Positions 50,334-58,800 of a stretch of DNA of 60,603 nucleotides are shown here, in pieces. The notes beneath the pieces are model-generated. The model saw only the letters and a list, made by a program, of their open reading frames with translations. It had not been told where the DNA came from and searched no databases. The stretch's first letter is position 1. Every line of letters starts with the position of its first letter. The DNA is from Lentisphaeria bacterium. GTDB taxonomy: Bacteria > Verrucomicrobiota > Lentisphaeria > Victivallales > Victivallaceae. Where the stretch lies: assembly GCA_017443585.1 (NCBI GenBank), contig JAFSYV010000225.1:1-60603 (forward strand). The letters run 5' to 3'. A program made the position numbers and the translations under genes.

Positions 50334-50483
50334 GCCGCGTCAGCGGCGCTTCATTACCCGGAGGGTTGCTTCATACGGCGAAAGCCGTGCTTCATTTCCC
50401 GCCTGCCGATGAAGCATTGCTCCGCGGATGCTTCGCAATATGAAGCAGCTTCACTTCGTTCCGCTATGAAGCGCTCGCTTCGC
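50309..50483. repeat. phased array of the heptamer GCTTCAY/GCTTCGC and complement (array 2), about 21-bp period
   Basis: GCTTCAT starts at 50327, 50348, 50368 and 50389 (spacing 21, 20, 21). The array continues with ATGAAGC at 50409, GCTTCGC at 50430, ATGAAGC at 50440, GCTTCAC at 50448, ATGAAGC at 50466 and GCTTCGC at 50477. Two more instances lie at 50309 and 50322. The spacers form mini-hairpins: GCCGC-GTCA-GCGGC, ACCC-GGA-GGGT and ACGGC-GAAA-GCCGT. Confidence 0.85.
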
Positions 50484-50689
50484 GAGTAAGGATATGCAGT
50501 TTTTCGCGGCGCGGCTCCGCCGCGTAAAACGAATGATGAATTCCCTCCTTTTACGGCGATTTTCGAAAAATCGCCCCCCGGATCCTCCGCGGAGGGCGTC
50601 GCTTTGTTTCCGGCCGAATCCCTCTCTGTCCTCCGCAGCTTCAGCGGCGGCAGACGTGCTTTGCTGCGCCGCTTCCGGCGATCGGAGTC

Positions 50690-50718
50690 TTGACAAAACG
50701 CCCTTTTACGTGTATAGT
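50690..50718 (+). promoter_or_regulatory. sigma70-type promoter of the hybrid histidine kinase gene
   Basis: TTGACA, 17 nt, TATAGT. Confidence 0.62.
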
Positions 50719-50732
50719 ATACGCGTGTCATG

Positions 50733-50746
50733 CCGACACGTGTCGG
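50733..50746. promoter_or_regulatory. perfect 14-bp palindrome CCGACACGTGTCGG in the kinase leader (candidate operator or RNA hairpin)
   Basis: Read directly. An additional CGTGTC half-site lies at 50724-50729. Located between the predicted TSS and the ATG at 50779. Confidence 0.3.
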
Positions 50747-50778
50747 TTCACCAACCATATCGGGCGTCAAGCGAGACT

Positions 50779-52659
50779 ATGCAGGACTATATTTATTCCG
50801 TGATCGCCTTCCTGGCGATGGCGATCCATCTCATCATCAACTTCGATCTGCGCTCCACCCGGGGCGGGCTCATCACCGCCCACGGGACGCGGGAGTACCG
50901 CTACTTTCTGATCGGTGTCTTCGCCTATTGCCTTACGGATGCCGGATGGGGCGTCTTTGCGGGACTCGGCTGGACGAAGGTCCTGTACATCGACACCATG
51001 TGCTACTACATCGCCATTGCCGCGTCCGTGCTCACCTGGTGCCGTTTCGTCATCGCCTATCTGAAACCGAACCGGTCGACGGCGCGGGTGCTCACCTGGT
51101 TCGGATACGCGCTCCTGGCCCTGTATGTCGCGCTGCTGACGGCCAATGTCTTCAACGGCTGCCTCTTCTACTTCGACGAGCAGGGCAGTTACACCGCCGG
51201 CCCCATACGGCGCCTCCTGTTCTATCCGCTGATCGCCCTGAACGTCCTGATGGCTGTTTTCGTGCTCGTGAAGGCCCGCGGCAGCCGGGATTCCGCCTAC
51301 AGACGGAACATGGTGGTGTTTCTCTTCTGCCTCACCATGGCGGTGGCCATCATCTTCCAGATCGCCTGGCCGCTCTGGCCCTATTATGCTCTCGGCTGTC
51401 TCGTCGGCACCTGTCTGCTCCACGTCTTCGTCATCGAGGACGAACGCGCCGAACTGCGCCGGGCGGTCATCGAGCGCGAACAGGCGGCCAAGCATATGGC
51501 CGAACTTGAGGAGGCCCTCGAACGGGCCCGCGCCGCCGAGCGGGCCCGGAGCATGTTTTTCAGTATCGTGAGTCACGATATCCGGACGCCGCTCAATGCC
51601 ATCCTCGGTTATTCCGAACTCCTTCAGGACGGCGGCGAGGGCCCGGCCGAGCGGGCGGAAGCGCTCAAGGCCATCCGCGCCAGCGGCACTACGCTCCTCC
51701 AGCTCGTGAACGACGTTCTCGACTTGGCGAAGATGGATTCGGGCAAGATGACCCTCGTGCCGGAGCCCGTTTTGCTGGAGCGTCTTACCGACGACGTCTT
51801 CGCGTCGTTCAGCCTTGCCGCGGCCGAGAAGGGGATCGAGCTCGTCAACCGGACGGCGGAGGCGCCCGCAGTCCTGCTGGATGAACACCGTTTCCGTCAG
51901 ATCCTCTTCAATCTTGTCGGGAACGCGGTCAAGTTCACGGCGAAGGGCTCCGTGACCGTTTCCGCCACCTACGCCGACGGGAATCTCGAAGTTGCCGTCT
52001 CCGATACGGGCTGCGGCATCCCGAAGGATATGCTGGCGAAGGTGCTCGACCCCTTCGTCCAGGTGCAGGATCCGAGCCACTCGGCGGAGCGGAACCGGGG
52101 GACTGGGCTGGGCCTTTCCATCTGCAAACGCCTGGTGGAGCTGATGGGCGGCCAACTCGTCGTCGAGAGCGAAGCGGGGAAGGGCTCGACCTTCCGGGCC
52201 TGCATCCCCGGCGTCGCGGTCAGCTCGAAGGAGGTGAAACCGGCCGCCGGGGCGGAGACGGGCATCGCGCCCGAAAAACTCCCGAAACACGTTCTCGTGG
52301 TCGATGATTCCCCGGTCAACCGCGCGGTTTTGACCGCGCTGCTGAAGAAGGTGGGCATCACCTCGGTCGAAGCTGCGGCGGACGGCGCCGAGGCGCTGGA
52401 AAAACTCGATTCCGCCGAGAAGGCCGGGACCCCCTGCGATCTGGTCCTTTCGGATCTCTGGATGCCCAACATGAACGGGCTCGAGTTCGTCGGAAAACTC
52501 CGGGCCGATGCCCGCTTCAAGAGTCTTCCGGTCTTCGCGGTGACGGCCGATACGGAGTTCCGCCGGGACGCCCGGAGCTACCTTTTCACCGACATCCTGC
52601 TCAAGCCGCTGACTTCCGCCAAGCTTCTGGGGGTCTTCGCCGCGGCGGTGAAAAAGTGA
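50779..52659 (+). CDS. hybrid sensor histidine kinase / response regulator with 7-TM N-terminal sensor
   Basis: 626 aa from the ATG at 50779. Multiple TM helices. H-box FSIVSHDIRTPLN. HATPase_c G-boxes (DTGCGIP, GTGLGLSI). C-terminal receiver domain VLVVDDSPVNR...LSDLWMPNMNG. Confidence 0.9.
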   Translation: MQDYIYSVIAFLAMAIHLIINFDLRSTRGGLITAHGTREYRYFLIGVFAYCLTDAGWGVFAGLGWTKVLYIDTMCYYIAIAASVLTWCRFVIAYLKPNRSTARVLTWFGYALLALYVALLTANVFNGCLFYFDEQGSYTAGPIRRLLFYPLIALNVLMAVFVLVKARGSRDSAYRRNMVVFLFCLTMAVAIIFQIAWPLWPYYALGCLVGTCLLHVFVIEDERAELRRAVIEREQAAKHMAELEEALERARAAERARSMFFSIVSHDIRTPLNAILGYSELLQDGGEGPAERAEALKAIRASGTTLLQLVNDVLDLAKMDSGKMTLVPEPVLLERLTDDVFASFSLAAAEKGIELVNRTAEAPAVLLDEHRFRQILFNLVGNAVKFTAKGSVTVSATYADGNLEVAVSDTGCGIPKDMLAKVLDPFVQVQDPSHSAERNRGTGLGLSICKRLVELMGGQLVVESEAGKGSTFRACIPGVAVSSKEVKPAAGAETGIAPEKLPKHVLVVDDSPVNRAVLTALLKKVGITSVEAAADGAEALEKLDSAEKAGTPCDLVLSDLWMPNMNGLEFVGKLRADARFKSLPVFAVTADTEFRRDARSYLFTDILLKPLTSAKLLGVFAAAVKK

Positions 52660-52712
52660 GGTCGCACCGGTTCGCGTTTGCCCCTTTGCGGCAGTTTTCG
52701 CCCGACTTTCGT

Positions 52713-52740
52713 TTGCAATATCCCGTTTCCGTGGTATATT
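52713..52740 (+). promoter_or_regulatory. sigma70-type promoter of the C_GCAxxG_C_C / TIM-barrel gene pair
   Basis: TTGCAA, 16 nt, TATATT, preceded by GTGG. Confidence 0.58.
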
Positions 52741-52770
52741 CTGTGAAGCGTCTCGTTACAGGAGGAAAAA

Positions 52771-53226
52771 ATGAACAAAGCTGAAAAAGCCCGCTCCCTT
52801 TTCACTCAGGGAGCCAACTGCGCCCAAGCCGTGGCGGGTGCGTTCGCCGCCGAGTGCGGTCTGACCGAGGAACGGGCCATGGTCATGGCTTCCGGTTTCG
52901 GCGGCGGCGTGGGGAGACTGCGCGAAGTCTGCGGCGCCGTCAGCGGCATGGTGCTGGTGCTGAACATCCTTTACGGTTCGGGGGACCCCGCCGACAAGGC
53001 CGCCAAGGACGCCCAGTACGCCCGGATCCGGGAGGTCGCGGCCCGATTTCAGGAAAAGGCCGGAACTCTGATCTGTCGGGAACTCCTGGGACTGGAAAAG
53101 GGGCAGGAGGAGCCGCCCCGCTCCGATCCCCGGAACGCCGCCTACTACGCCAACCGCCCCTGCGCCGGACTGGTGGCGCTGGCGGCGGAAATAACCGAAA
53201 AGTACATCGCCGAACACCAACGCTGA
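52771..53226 (+). CDS. C_GCAxxG_C_C family protein
   Basis: 151 aa. GANCAQAVAGAF signature plus downstream conserved Cys residues (EVCGAVSG, ICREL, PCAGL). Confidence 0.82.
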   Translation: MNKAEKARSLFTQGANCAQAVAGAFAAECGLTEERAMVMASGFGGGVGRLREVCGAVSGMVLVLNILYGSGDPADKAAKDAQYARIREVAARFQEKAGTLICRELLGLEKGQEEPPRSDPRNAAYYANRPCAGLVALAAEITEKYIAEHQR

Positions 53227-53242
53227 AACGGAGAAAAGAAAG

Positions 53243-54130
53243 ATGTCCGAAAAGAAGATCCCTCTCGCGTTTGCTTATTCCTGGGGCCTCGTGCCCGATC
53301 CCATGATCCCCAACGTCATGGCCGAATTCAAGTGGCATGGCGTGGACAAGCTGGTTTTCGGCAGCGTTCTCATCACCAGGGTCATCAACGAGCCCCGCTT
53401 CTGGAGTGTGCTCCACCGTCACGCCGTGAATCAGGGCGTCGAGCTGATCGCGGTCCATGCGCCCTGGGGGCAGGGGTACGACCTCTGCTGTCCCGAAAAG
53501 GGCCGCCGCCCCGGCATGATCGAAGACCACAAGCGGGCCATGAACTACTGCGCCGAAAGCGGCTGCAAGACCTACACGGTCCACATGGGCGCTTACGAAA
53601 GCGTCTTCTATCACACCCCCAATTCGGAACTGCGCCCGCTGGTGGTGAACACCCTCGAAAACCTGCTCCCCACGGCGGAAAAGCTGGGGCTGGTCATCGC
53701 CCTTGAGAACAGTTACGAACGCTCCAACACGCCGGACGAGGTGATCTGGTACATCAAACAGTTCGATTCGCCCTTCATCAAGTGCTGTTTCGACGTGGGC
53801 CACGCCCACCTCATGGCGCCTTTTCCGGGGAAGAAGCGGGAAAAGTATTTCGGCGAAATGGATGCGGCCTGGGGCCCCGTGGTGGAGGAGTACGAGGGGG
53901 CTTGTGAAAACCTCGCCCCCTACATCGTCACCTGCCATCTCCATGACAACGACGGCTACAGCGACGCCCACCGGCTCCCCGGCGAGGGCACCATCGACTG
54001 GAAGACCCTGATCCCCGCCATCCGGCGCTGTCCGGAACTGATCTCCATGCAGACCGAAGTCACCATCGTTCCCGGACTTTCCATCGGCAAGCTGGTCTCC
54101 GCGTTCCGCAGGATCATGGGAGAGGAATAA
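53243..54130 (+). CDS. sugar phosphate isomerase/epimerase (xylose-isomerase-like TIM barrel)
   Basis: 295 aa. VIALENSYE, CFDVGHAHL and CHLHDNDG metal-ligand blocks typical of the AP_endonuc_2 / xylose-isomerase-like fold. Confidence 0.82.
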   Translation: MSEKKIPLAFAYSWGLVPDPMIPNVMAEFKWHGVDKLVFGSVLITRVINEPRFWSVLHRHAVNQGVELIAVHAPWGQGYDLCCPEKGRRPGMIEDHKRAMNYCAESGCKTYTVHMGAYESVFYHTPNSELRPLVVNTLENLLPTAEKLGLVIALENSYERSNTPDEVIWYIKQFDSPFIKCCFDVGHAHLMAPFPGKKREKYFGEMDAAWGPVVEEYEGACENLAPYIVTCHLHDNDGYSDAHRLPGEGTIDWKTLIPAIRRCPELISMQTEVTIVPGLSIGKLVSAFRRIMGEE

Positions 54131-54189
54131 GGCGTCCCCCACGGGAAAAACGCCCCGGAAAGGAGGGGGGAACTTTCCCGTCCTTTTTC

Positions 54190-54218
54190 TTGCAATTTCC
54201 TTTTTGCCGTGCTATATT
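54190..54218 (+). promoter_or_regulatory. sigma70-type promoter of the GT39-like operon
   Basis: TTGCAA, 17 nt, TATATT, preceded by GTGC. Confidence 0.62.
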
Positions 54219-54334
54219 AAGCAAAGGGCGGCGTGAGCCGCCCGCCGTAACCTTGTCGAACGATGATTTTCCGCACCGGAAAAGGGCCGCAGCGCGCTTT
54301 CCCGGCGGCGCGGCAAAAATAAACAGGACCTGAT

Positions 54335-55888
54335 TTGAAGAACGTCGGCGTCATACTCCGAGTCGCTCTGTGCGCGGGGATCCTTTATCTGGGCAGTCTG
54401 TGGCAGCGGCCCCTCTTTCTGGCGGAGTTCGCCGGAAGCGGGGAGGCCGTCGAACATATCTTCGCCGGGAGCCCCCTCACGCCCCGGAGCTGGGTCGGCT
54501 TCGTTCCCCTGAAACTGCTGGGCTTTTCGCCCTTCGCTTTCCGGATCGTTCCCGCACTGCTGACGCTGATCGCGGCGGCCCTCATCTGTCGGGCGGGGGG
54601 CCGGTCGGTTTTCGCGGGTGCCGGCAACGCCTCGGCCCTGATCTTTCTGCTCACCCCCGCGGTCTTTCTGGCCGGGACCACCGCCTTGCCCGCGGCGGTC
54701 AACGGACTTCTTCCCGTCATCGCCGCCTGGGGCATCTTTCTCTTCCTCGCCGCGCCTTCCCGATGGGAGCAGTTCGCAAGTGCTCTGATCGGTACGGCGG
54801 CGCTGGCCGGAACGGTCCTCACCACGGGATGGGTGTTTCTTGCCCTTCTCTTTGCCGCGCTCCTGCTCTTCGTGCTTCAGCCTTTTTCCGCCTGCCGGGA
54901 GCCGGGGAACGTGATGCGGCGAGGCGCCCGGCTGCTTCTGCCTTTTGCTCTCGTCCTCTGGCTTCTCCCTTACGGAGGTCCGGCGCTGAAGTTTGCCTGT
55001 ACGGCCGCCGGAGCGGAACTGCTCGGGGTGACGCTTCTGGCGGGAAGCTTCCCGTGGATAGTCGCCCTTCCCCTGGCCGTGAGGGACCTGGTCTTCCGCT
55101 TCGAGATCGCCCGGAAGGATGAATTTTTCACGTTCAGCCTGATCCTGAGCGGGATCTCCTTTGCGGCGGCCGTCGTGCTGCCCTTCGAGTCGGGAGCGTT
55201 CCTGCTCTTTTTCGCCGGGGCTTCCGGGGTGCTGGGCGCGGGGCTGATCGCCCACTTCGACGAACGCGGACACGGGGTTCTCGACCGGGTGCTTTACATT
55301 CTGGCCGGGATCTTCCTCCTGACGGGGATCCTCATCGCCGTCTGGGGAGCCCTCGGGGCGTGGACGAAAGTGCTTCCGCAGTCCCTGCGGCTGCTCCGGG
55401 CCAAAGACGCCTGGGCCCTCATGGCCATCGTGCCCGCCGTGACGGCGGTCTGGTGCCTGACGGCGGCCCGTGAAAAACGGGACCGGTCGCTGAAATTCCT
55501 TTCATTCTGCGCCGGGACGGCCTTCTTCCTTTTCGCGCTTCACGGGCTCACCCCCCTGGCGGTGGTGGAACGTGAGGCCCCTCTGGCCTTCATCCGGCAG
55601 GCGGTCCTGACCCGTGCGCCCCGCACCGCTCAGCTCTGGAGCGATCCCGAGATGCGGGCGGTCCTGATGGTGGGCGACCGGCGCGGCGCGGTCCGGCGCT
55701 TTTCCGGGCCGGAGGCCTTTCTCGACCTGGCGGTCGAAGTCAACAAGGGCAAAAAGGTCTGCGTAGTCACCGCCGACCGCCGGCTGGCCGATCAACTTCC
55801 CTTTCCGAAAACCACGCTCCGCGCGGGCCGGTTCCACGCCGTTTTCTACAACATCGATTTCCCCGAAATGCGCATGAGGAAACCATGA
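54335..55888 (+). CDS. polytopic membrane protein, GT39/GT83-like (ArnT/PMT_2-related) glycosyltransferase candidate
   Basis: 517 aa, TTG start, at least 10 hydrophobic helices. Stop overlaps the next gene's start (ATGA). Similarity to the downstream ArnT-like protein is weak by eye, so the family call is tentative. Confidence 0.6.
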   Translation: MKNVGVILRVALCAGILYLGSLWQRPLFLAEFAGSGEAVEHIFAGSPLTPRSWVGFVPLKLLGFSPFAFRIVPALLTLIAAALICRAGGRSVFAGAGNASALIFLLTPAVFLAGTTALPAAVNGLLPVIAAWGIFLFLAAPSRWEQFASALIGTAALAGTVLTTGWVFLALLFAALLLFVLQPFSACREPGNVMRRGARLLLPFALVLWLLPYGGPALKFACTAAGAELLGVTLLAGSFPWIVALPLAVRDLVFRFEIARKDEFFTFSLILSGISFAAAVVLPFESGAFLLFFAGASGVLGAGLIAHFDERGHGVLDRVLYILAGIFLLTGILIAVWGALGAWTKVLPQSLRLLRAKDAWALMAIVPAVTAVWCLTAAREKRDRSLKFLSFCAGTAFFLFALHGLTPLAVVEREAPLAFIRQAVLTRAPRTAQLWSDPEMRAVLMVGDRRGAVRRFSGPEAFLDLAVEVNKGKKVCVVTADRRLADQLPFPKTTLRAGRFHAVFYNIDFPEMRMRKP

Positions 55889-57612
55889 AAAAGCGACTTC
55901 TCATCCTGTTCATCTTCATCGGAGCCGCCTATCTGCTCCCGATCCTTTTCAGACCGCTGATGGCTCCCGACGAGTTCCGTTACGCGGAAATACCCAGGGA
56001 AATGCTGGAAACGGGGGATCTCATCACCCCCCGGCTGCTTTCCTTCCGCTACTTCGAGAAGCCCCCCATGGGCTACTGGCTCACGGCGGCAAGTTTCAAG
56101 ATCTTCGGACTCAACGCCTTCGCCCTGCGGATCATCCCCGTGCTGGGGGCGCTCCTCAGCGCCGCGCTGCTGAGCTGGTGGTGCCTGAAGCGGAAACTCC
56201 CCCGTGAGGCCGCCGTCGACGTCGCCTTCCTCTATCTGGCCGGCGCCATGGTGTGGATCCTGGGGATCTTCGCCACGCTGGATTCCCTCTTCTGCCTGTG
56301 GACCACCGCCACGCTGGTCTTTTTCTCGGTGGCCATGGAAAGCGATTCCCCCCGCGAAAAGTGGGGCTGTCTGGCGGCGGCCGGGGTCGCGCTGGGATGC
56401 GGCTTCCTCACCAAGGGGTTCCTCGCTTACGCCCTGCCGGGGCTGGGGGTGGCCGGCTATCTCGTCTGGCAGAAACGCTGGAAGGATATCTTCACCCTTC
56501 CCTGGCTTCCTCTCGGGCTCTCGTTCCTGGTCATCGCCCCCTGGGCCGCGGCCATCCACCGCGCCGAGCCGGACTTCTGGAACTACTTCATCGTCCACGA
56601 ACATTTCCGGCGCTTCACCGACAGCGCCGACGGACAGCATGACGCTCCTTTCTGGCTGCTGCTGCCGTTTTTCGCGGGCGGCATCTTTCCCGCCTTCTTC
56701 CCGGTGCTGACATCGGCCTTCACCACCCGGAAGGAGGCCTGGAAGAAACTTTGGACGAACCCGGACATGCGCTTTGCGCTCTGCGCTCTTTTTCTGCCGC
56801 TGATCCTTCTTTCCTGTTCCGACGGCAAACTGCCCACTTACGTCCTGCCCTGCTTCGCCCCCGCCGCGATGGCGGGGATCCTGATCCTCGGCGCCGCCGA
56901 CCCCGAGAAGACGCCGCCGGCCCTGAAAAAACTGACCACCGTCAGTGCCGTCGTCGTCATCATCGGGGGGGCTTTGGTGCTGCTCTGCGAGGTCTTCTAT
57001 CTGCTGTGGGGAACGGGATTCGTGCCCGTCCTGCCCCTGGAGGCGGCGATGTGGCTCCCCTTCGCGACCATGGTCGCCCTCGGCGCCGTGGCGGCGGGGA
57101 CGTTCCTTTTCGTCAACCGGCGGCGGAAACTGCCGGAACCGGCCTGGGGATTCATGCTCTACGCGATCCCCCTGCTGCTCGCCGTCTGGTTCCTGCCCGT
57201 GTTCCCCGCCAGCTTCAAGATGCCGGAGTTCGAACTCCTCGATCTGGCAAGCCAGCTGGCCCGGAGAAAGATCGTCCGGCCTCAGATCTACACGTTTCCC
57301 AAGCTGATGCACTCCGTGGCCTGGTGTTACCGTGACCGCCGCATCCTGCTCCTCAAGTCCCTGGGCGAGATGAAGTACGGCCACAAGGCCGCCGTGGAGA
57401 AGGGCGAAAAGCCCCTGCTTCACCCCTACGAAGAGGTTTCGGCCATGCTGCGTTCCCCCGGCCGCAGGCGCGACGTCCTCGTCATCCTGATCGAAGAGGA
57501 TCTCGACGATGTCCGCCGCCGCCTGCCGCCGGGCGGTGAAAAAATCACGACCCCCGGAGAGGTCTGCGCGCTTTATTTCCCGGCTCCGAAACAGCAGGGA
57601 GGGCAAAAATGA
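55885..57612 (+). CDS. ArnT-like (GT83/PMT_2) undecaprenyl-phosphate-sugar-dependent glycosyltransferase
   Basis: 575 aa. The N-terminal loop PDEFRYAEIPREM matches the conserved DE.RYAEI.REM motif of ArnT-type enzymes. Many TM helices. Confidence 0.82.
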   Translation: MKKRLLILFIFIGAAYLLPILFRPLMAPDEFRYAEIPREMLETGDLITPRLLSFRYFEKPPMGYWLTAASFKIFGLNAFALRIIPVLGALLSAALLSWWCLKRKLPREAAVDVAFLYLAGAMVWILGIFATLDSLFCLWTTATLVFFSVAMESDSPREKWGCLAAAGVALGCGFLTKGFLAYALPGLGVAGYLVWQKRWKDIFTLPWLPLGLSFLVIAPWAAAIHRAEPDFWNYFIVHEHFRRFTDSADGQHDAPFWLLLPFFAGGIFPAFFPVLTSAFTTRKEAWKKLWTNPDMRFALCALFLPLILLSCSDGKLPTYVLPCFAPAAMAGILILGAADPEKTPPALKKLTTVSAVVVIIGGALVLLCEVFYLLWGTGFVPVLPLEAAMWLPFATMVALGAVAAGTFLFVNRRRKLPEPAWGFMLYAIPLLLAVWFLPVFPASFKMPEFELLDLASQLARRKIVRPQIYTFPKLMHSVAWCYRDRRILLLKSLGEMKYGHKAAVEKGEKPLLHPYEEVSAMLRSPGRRRDVLVILIEEDLDDVRRRLPPGGEKITTPGEVCALYFPAPKQQGGQK

Positions 57613-58184
57613 GCAATCTTTTCTGGGAATTTCTCAAACATCCCGGCCGGGTCGGCGCCTGTTGTCCTTCCTCCCGCGCCTTGTGCCGTGAGATCACGTC
57701 CTCCATCGGGCTGGAAGGGGCGGGCATGATCGCCGAACTGGGACCGGGGACGGGGGTCATCACCGAGGAGATCCGGCGCAAGCGGAAACCCGGCGCCCGG
57801 TTCGCCGCCGTGGAATTGGACGAGAAACTGGCCGCGGACATCGAAGCGCGCTTTGCCGATGTGACCGTCTTCCGGGGATGCGCCTCGCAGCTTGAGGAGA
57901 TGCTCTCTTCCTGTTCCCTGCCCAAGGCCGACGTGGTCATTTCGGGACTGCCTTTCGCCATCTTCCCGGACGAGCTTCAGGAAAAGATCCTGCAGGGCGT
58001 GGTGCGGAGCCTCACGCCCGGCGGCGTCTTCGCCACCTTCGCCTACGTGCAGGGGTGCATCCTGCCGGCGGGGATCCGGTTCCGGCGCAAGCTGGAACAC
58101 ACCTTCCCCGAGGTGACCACCAGTCACATCGTATGGAAGAACATGCCGCCGGCATTCGTCTACCGGTGCCGCACGGGAAAATGA
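57609..58184 (+). CDS. class I SAM-dependent methyltransferase (phospholipid N-methyltransferase-like, COG3963-like)
   Basis: 191 aa. FLKHPGRVGACCPSS N-terminal block and SAM motif I ELGPGTGVIT. ATGA overlap with the upstream gene. Confidence 0.78.
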   Translation: MSNLFWEFLKHPGRVGACCPSSRALCREITSSIGLEGAGMIAELGPGTGVITEEIRRKRKPGARFAAVELDEKLAADIEARFADVTVFRGCASQLEEMLSSCSLPKADVVISGLPFAIFPDELQEKILQGVVRSLTPGGVFATFAYVQGCILPAGIRFRRKLEHTFPEVTTSHIVWKNMPPAFVYRCRTGK

Positions 58185-58203
58185 GGAAAAGAGGAGTGTC
58201 GCG

Positions 58204-58644
58204 ATGCCGTTCAAGGTGAAGATCAGCATGGAAAAGGGCGCGGAAGATCTCTTCCCCGCCAAGGTCCACCCCGGCGACGCCGCGTGGGATCTGCGTTCGC
58301 GGGTCGATATGGAACTGCCCGTGGGGCGGAGCGTCGCCGTGCCCACGGGGGTCCGCATGGAACTGCCCGAAAACTTCGAGGCCCAGGTGCGGCCCCGGAG
58401 CGGACTGGCCGTCAAATACGATCTGATGCTCACCAATTCGCCGGGGACCATCGACGCGGGCTACCGGGGCGAAGTGGCGGTCATCATGTACAACGGAGGG
58501 AGTGCTCCCTACCGGGTCCGCCGGGGAGACCGGATCGCCCAGATGGTGATCTGCCGTCTGCCCGAGGTCCTGCTGGAGCCGTCCGATGACCTGACGGAGT
58601 CCGACCGGGGAACGGGGGGCTTCGGCAGTACCGGAAAAAATTGA
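58204..58644 (+). CDS. dut: dUTP diphosphatase
   Basis: 146 aa. The five dUTPase motifs are recognisable (AAWDLRS, RSGL, GTIDAGYRGE, RIAQ, RGTGGFGSTG). Confidence 0.95.
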   Translation: MPFKVKISMEKGAEDLFPAKVHPGDAAWDLRSRVDMELPVGRSVAVPTGVRMELPENFEAQVRPRSGLAVKYDLMLTNSPGTIDAGYRGEVAVIMYNGGSAPYRVRRGDRIAQMVICRLPEVLLEPSDDLTESDRGTGGFGSTGKN

Positions 58645-58652
58645 TGTTTCCT

Positions 58653-58737
58653 GCGCGGCTGGCGGAATTGGCAAACGCAGCGGGTTTAGGTCCCGCCGCC
58701 GAAAGGCCTGGGGGTTCGAGTCCCCCGCCGCGCACCA
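58653..58737 (+). tRNA. tRNA-Leu(TAG): tRNA-Leu (anticodon TAG), CCA encoded
   Basis: Folded by eye. Acceptor GCGCGGC/GCCGCGC. Anticodon stem GCGGG/CCCGC with loop TTTAGGT. Long variable arm. T-arm GGGGG-TTCGAGT-CCCCC. A followed by CCA. Starts 8 nt after the dut stop. Confidence 0.92.
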
Positions 58738-58800
58738 GTTTTTCATGTTGTCCATCAAGATGTTTCAAGCACTTTTTTTCGCTTTTTTTGAAAGGAGGGC

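Noticed and set aside
48766-50483. GCTTCAY arrays considered as a CRISPR-like array.
   Set aside because: The repeated unit is only 7 nt with a period of about 21 bp and mixed orientation. No cas genes are present. This is incompatible with CRISPR repeats, so I report it as phased motif arrays instead.
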